Part shown: piece by piece, positions 59,633 through 64,000 of the stretch
Numbering within the stretch: position 1 is the first letter of the stretch
Layout: every line of letters begins with the position of its first letter
NCBI GenBank assembly: GCA_000004985.1
Contig: GG738874.1
DNA: 64,000 bases
Origin: Naegleria gruberi
Lineage: Eukaryota
Strand: one strand, 5' to 3'
The notes under the pieces: generated by a model
The model's database searches: none
What the model was told of the DNA's origin: nothing
Seen by the model: the letters and a program-made list of their open reading frames with translations, nothing else
Made by a program: the position numbers and the translations under genes

Positions 59633-61810
59633 CTACTTCTTAATCATTGAAGAAATAGTCTTTTGTACAATGCCAGATCCAGAAATGTTGACTTTCGATG
59701 GGAACAGACTATCAAGGAATGGGATTAGTTGCAAATTGGCAAAGAATCTATAGTTTTCAACTGGTAATATGTCTGACAAGCTCTGTGAAAAGGAAGAGCA
59801 CACCTCTTTGAATTCTTGTTCCACTTCATTCAAATTCTTTGGTATTGTCTTATCGAAAATGCATTGTAGCATGGAGAGCATTGTTTCGAACATGTGCAGG
59901 CAAGCATAATTGGCATTGTTTCCAACTGGGCACTCTTCAGACAGATTTCGCATGAATTCCAGTGAATGCTTCAATAGGGGAATAAGTTGTTCAGTTGGTG
60001 GAATACCTTCGTAGGAGAGAATTGTATCTTTAGAAAGTAATTGATAATTAGTAACCTGAGTCAAAATGAGTAAAAACATCTTCTTGAAGAGGTCTCTCAC
60101 AGCTTGAGACATGTTGAAAAATGGTTTGGATTTAACGAATTGAGAAAAGCAAGGTGGGAAATAGTGCTTGGTAGTCTGAAGAAGTGAGTGATGAGTAACT
60201 TGATTCAAATCTAGGGAAGGAACATTAGTAAAGAAACCAAATTTATCCAGCACCATTTCTACAACGGTGTTGATATTGGTAGGATTGAGTGAAGACTTCA
60301 TACAATTGTTAAAATCTCTCAGGAGGGAATTGCTAAACAAGTAATTTGAAAGAGAAGAATCAAAGATTTCCTTCAATTCTTGGGATATCTGTACAGAGGA
60401 TGGATTGAAAATGTTTCCTTGAATGTATTGAACCATACTTTGAGGAACACATCTATTCATACAAATAAATAAGGTAATGAGAAATACTGAAATGTCGTTG
60501 CATGGTTGTTTGAGTTGGAATTGAATCATCTTCTTGATGAGGAAGGAAATTGTCTTGGAATTGGTTTGAAGAACATTGTAGAGTGGTACAATTTCCTCAG
60601 GACAAATCACTTCAAACTTTTGATTTTGTTTGGTGAGGTTGACTCCAAACTCGTCGAGCAGTTCCTGGAACTCTTCCACGGAGGAGAACTTTGTGAAAAG
60701 TAAACTTGAGGCTTCTGTTTGTTCAGCAGTCAATTTGTGTGATACATTTCTGGAGATGTGTTTGTAATTTTCAACAGAGAATTGGCTGTATTGCTCAACC
60801 TTTTGTGAGAGACTTTCAAATGATTCTCCATTCTTGAATTCTCTTCTCAATACTTTTGCAATATCGAAAATGTAAAATCTTTGAATTTCCTCTGGTAAGG
60901 TAGTATAGAGATAGACCTTTAGGAAATCTTCATTAGATTCTTGAGAATCAAGAATTGAAACATCAATATCAGTGATACCTTCATCTTCCAACATCTTTTT
61001 CATACTCTCCATCTTTTGCTTATTCGTAGGAGTTTGTTGTTCCTTTTCCAATTGTCTCTTAGTTGATTCTTCCTCGAGTTGTCTAATTTGTTCATTCAAT
61101 TCCTTGTTAATTTGTTGAATTTTGAAACTTTCAGCCACTTCCCTTTTATGTTCTTCAAGTAATCTCTTCTCAGCCTCATAATCAAAGGACATGACATTGC
61201 CAAATGAAAAATCAATGACAGGCTTGTTTTCTGAAGGCTTACAAAACTGTGCATAACAATCATCATTGAATAAATCCATGCTATCTTCAGTATTTACAGG
61301 TGAAAGCTTGTTAGAGGTTTGTGACATTTCAATCATTACTTCATCCACAACTTGTGCTTCTGAATAAGATTCGGAAGGCTTGATCACTTCCTCAATATTC
61401 TTCTCATTGCTTCGATCATCAGCTCTAGATTCCAAAGATGATGAAGATGACAAAGATAATGATAAGGAAGTTGTCGAATCAGAGGACAATTCGTCCATAA
61501 TAATGACATTCTGTTGTATGTTGAGTGGTACTGGCGATTCAACAGATGATTCATCATCCAATACAACTTCTTCAATAGGAGGAGGAGCAGAGAAGGCTTC
61601 CACAACAATAGCCTTTGTTTCTTCAACTTCAATCTTTCTCACTTTTGGTTTGGAGAAGAAGGTGTCGAGCCTGAGTTGTTTAGTGTCGTCCTTCTTGGGA
61701 GTGTTGGATCGGGAGGGTGAGACAAGGCTTGATTTTCTCTTCTTGTTGTTTGCAGTGGGCGATTTGAGTGCAGACTTTGGTGGCATTTTTTTTGATGTAA
61801 TTTGAAACAT
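59633..61810 (-). CDS. Hypothetical protein (725 aa): basic KKRK N-terminus, S-rich and acidic linker, coiled coil (KREVAESFKIQQINKELNEQIRQLEEE), large C-terminal helical domain
   Basis: ORF 59633..61810 with ATG at 61810. No family recognised by eye. Confidence 0.5.
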   Translation of the reverse strand: MFQITSKKMPPKSALKSPTANNKKRKSSLVSPSRSNTPKKDDTKQLRLDTFFSKPKVRKIEVEETKAIVVEAFSAPPPIEEVVLDDESSVESPVPLNIQQNVIIMDELSSDSTTSLSLSLSSSSSLESRADDRSNEKNIEEVIKPSESYSEAQVVDEVMIEMSQTSNKLSPVNTEDSMDLFNDDCYAQFCKPSENKPVIDFSFGNVMSFDYEAEKRLLEEHKREVAESFKIQQINKELNEQIRQLEEESTKRQLEKEQQTPTNKQKMESMKKMLEDEGITDIDVSILDSQESNEDFLKVYLYTTLPEEIQRFYIFDIAKVLRREFKNGESFESLSQKVEQYSQFSVENYKHISRNVSHKLTAEQTEASSLLFTKFSSVEEFQELLDEFGVNLTKQNQKFEVICPEEIVPLYNVLQTNSKTISFLIKKMIQFQLKQPCNDISVFLITLFICMNRCVPQSMVQYIQGNIFNPSSVQISQELKEIFDSSLSNYLFSNSLLRDFNNCMKSSLNPTNINTVVEMVLDKFGFFTNVPSLDLNQVTHHSLLQTTKHYFPPCFSQFVKSKPFFNMSQAVRDLFKKMFLLILTQVTNYQLLSKDTILSYEGIPPTEQLIPLLKHSLEFMRNLSEECPVGNNANYACLHMFETMLSMLQCIFDKTIPKNLNEVEQEFKEVCSSFSQSLSDILPVENYRFFANLQLIPFLDSLFPSKVNISGSGIVQKTISSMIKK

Positions 61811-62544
61811 TTTTCATTTATTTAAAATTTTAAATGTAACGGTCAGATTTTTGAAACTGCCAAAATTCAGCAAGCCAAGATAACAACAAGATCATGTGAG
61901 GAGTTCTCAACTCTAAACTTGACTTTCCACAATTTAATCCAACAATTCCCTTTCAAATTATCTACACCGATATTATCGAATTCCAAAAAGGAAGGCCACC
62001 AATCGATTCTCGTCCAAAACAGCAAATTTTTTAAGCAATTACTCCACTCTACTTCCATCAAGTTAAAAAGAACGAACTCAATTTCCAACTCTCTGATAAC
62101 ATTAAATAAAAACAATTGAAACTCATAGAAGAAAACAAGCTAACCTCAAACAAGCAGAAAGAGAGTTTATGAGTTTCGTATTAGCAAACTAAAGAGAATT
62201 GTATTATTATTAGGGTAAGTTATCAAGTCAGTAATCTCTGAGCAAAACAACAAACTTCGTCATCATATTCAATTTGGAAATTTTATTTCAATATTAATAA
62301 CAATTAACCGCGCCGTCACTTATCTTTCGTATTTCTTCTACTTTGACTACTCTCAATTTGAATATCAAATAATGTCAACTGATGTTTTTTTGATGGAATG
62401 TGTATTGAAATATAATGTATCAAAACGGTATCATCTCTAGTCATTTGTGAATCTACTCACCCAACTATTAATGTCTGCATTGGAAGAAACTCTTTCGAAT
62501 ATCTCTTCATTCAACTAAAAAACAAATAAGCAACAACAATAAGA

Positions 62545-64000
62545 ATGACCAACAACACTCAGACTTCGCCACCACCTGAGGCTGGTTCTCCAGAATCTAA
62601 TAGACCTTCATCGCCAATGAATTCTTCCACCACTACTTCTTCATATTTAAATGACAATAATTCATCACCACCTTTGGAAGGAGCAACTAATCAAACTAAG
62701 AACACAACGACTGCATCTTCGCCTCCTATTCATATCTCAACAACAGATACATCCTATTGGAAACAAAACAAATGTTTCGTCTAATGTTTCCATTAAGAAA
62801 GTAGTAACCATTGCATCACCTTCTTCAGTAAACAAACCACCAGCTCAATCACAAGCTGGTATTGTCAATCAGAGCGAAAGTGGTAGATCAGGAGGTTCTT
62901 TCAGTCACAGTAAAATCACCGTACGAACATGTTGTGGTGTGGTTGAGTTGACTTCAATGAAATTAGCTTGTTTACTTGGTATGATGGTTACAGTAATTGG
63001 TTTATTAGTTTTGGCAGCTGTTGCCATTGCTGCCTTTGTTACTGCTAGCTCAAAAGCAACCGACATTTTGATTGCTGTTGGTAAAGCTACAACTATATTC
63101 GAAAGTTCAAATTCAATGGTTCTGAAATATACCTATACTGGATATTCATATGATGGTCAGAATATTGTCGTTCAGGAACAGTATAAGAATTCATCAACAA
63201 CTATGAAAATACTCCTTCAATCAATTTTTAAGAATTTGGACGATTCTACCATTCAAACCATGTTCAATTCGACTGTTATTGAATCTTCCAATTCATTGGA
63301 TTCACAGAATTCTCAAATTTTATTAATGATTGGTTACAATCAACAGAGTGATGCCATTACAAGAATTAATTCAGATACCTATTCCACTATTTTGTCAACT
63401 TTCCAAGATGGTTTGGATAAGTTGGTGACATTTGTGCAACAATCTGAAAAGAACAAAGACACGAGTGTGTTGGCAATTACTTTGGTTCAATTGATTGTCA
63501 TTGCTATTTCATTATTTGTCATTTTGCCAATCATTGTGTTTGTCTTTACTTATGCCATCAATCGTGACTCTTTGTATTTGGAGAAGATTCGTCGTGCCAA
63601 TGCCATCATGTTGATGGACACTATGGAGGATGATGGATTGAGAACATTATTTAAGATACATTGTGAAAAGGAAAAGTCAACTGAAAACTTTTTACTTTTG
63701 GAAAAGATTCAATATTATAGATCATTGTGTGAACGTTCATTGGATTTACAAATGAGATTATTTGGTGATGCCAATATGTTGAGTGATGTTTCGAGTGATA
63801 TTTCAGCAGAATCTGCTCATTCTACAAAGAAGAGGAGGGAATCTCCACTCGAAAAGGAATACACAGAAATTGAAGCTAAAAAGTATGAAGTTGCTTTTGA
63901 GATATTTACTGAATTTTTGGAAGTTACTGGTGATATGGCTGTCAATATTTCTCATGTTCTAACTGATTCTGTTAAGGATAAGCTTGATAAGTATAACGAC
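62545..64000 (+). CDS. Transmembrane RGS-domain protein. S/T/P/N-rich N-terminus, 2 or more TM helices and C-terminal RGS box. Partial: runs off the window end. Apparent +1 frameshift in an A-run near 62765-62775 between the N-terminal ORF (62545..62784) and the main frame.
   Basis: ATG at 62545 (MTNNTQTSPPPEAG...). Main frame open from 62651 to 64000. TM helices LACLLGMMVTVIGLLVLAAVAIAAFVTA and LAITLVQLIVIAISLFVILPIIVFVFTYAI. RGS: DDGLRTLFKIHCEKEKSTENFLLLEKIQYYRSL...YEVAFEIFTEFLEV (EFSEENxxFW-type). Removing one A from aaacaaaacaaa gives ...SYWKQTNVSSNVSIKKVVTIASPSS. Confidence 0.55.

Noticed and set aside
61811-62544. Small ORFs 61867..62115 (-) and 61919..62119 (+) in the gap before the last gene
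   Set aside because: Mutually antisense and AT-rich, with no homology. Treated as intergenic or promoter region of the divergent pair (61810 minus-strand start, 62545 plus-strand start).
1-64000. Search for prokaryotic-type systems (operons, CRISPR arrays, toxin-antitoxin, integrases or transposases, phage genes)
   Set aside because: None present. Spliceosomal introns, eukaryotic tRNAs without encoded CCA, eukaryote-specific genes (ATG16, Sec8, VAP, kinesin, RPL35) and the absence of Shine-Dalgarno-spaced gene arrays show this is a eukaryotic nuclear region. The only bacterial-looking gene (ABC ATPase) contains introns.

Overview
The window is a gene-dense eukaryotic nuclear region, not prokaryotic. 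About 33% GC. Codon usage is AT-biased (TTG Leu, AGA Arg, AAT Asn). Coding poly-N, Q, S and E tracts are frequent, two cytoplasmic-type tRNA genes are present, and introns are GT..AG spliceosomal. Most genes are single-exon or carry a few very short introns (35-80 nt, with a minority at 140-325 nt). Together with a giant PAS-containing transmembrane nucleotidyl cyclase, a flagellar-type (BBS-like) chaperonin and ATG16, this resembles a heterolobosean amoeboflagellate (Naegleria-like). That is an inference only. I modelled about 37 protein-coding genes. Exon structure was rebuilt by hand where the six-frame track was broken by introns, and internal exon coordinates may be off by a few nt. The supplied ORF track uses alternative (TTG/GTG/CTG) starts, so many listed 'M' residues are not ATG. 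I re-anchored starts to in-frame ATGs where possible. Recognisable products include ALG14, ATG16, RPL35, a divergent actin-related protein, a Rab GTPase, a VAP (MSP-domain) protein fused to a Cys-less glutaredoxin-like domain, a UPF0183/PHAF1 homolog, Iwr1, an SMG7/EST1-like protein, a kinesin-1-type motor with a C-terminal PH domain, a CCT-like chaperonin lacking the GDGTT ATPase loop, exocyst Sec8, a bacterial-type (LolD/MacB/FtsE-like) ABC ATPase carrying spliceosomal introns, a PB1+Ser/Thr kinase, dimeric dihydrodiol dehydrogenase (Gfo/Idh/MocA), cytochrome b5, a LYR-motif protein, a YqgF/RuvX-like resolvase, a vWA-domain protein, a membrane-tethered bZIP factor, and two multi-TM RGS-domain proteins at the two window edges. 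No mobile elements, CRISPR arrays or prokaryotic-style operons were seen. Items worth a second look are the domain fusions, a likely horizontally acquired ABC ATPase, three apparent frameshifts inside low-complexity repeats, a 14-nt micro-exon with a non-canonical splice junction in the Rab gene, and convergent genes only 11 bp apart.
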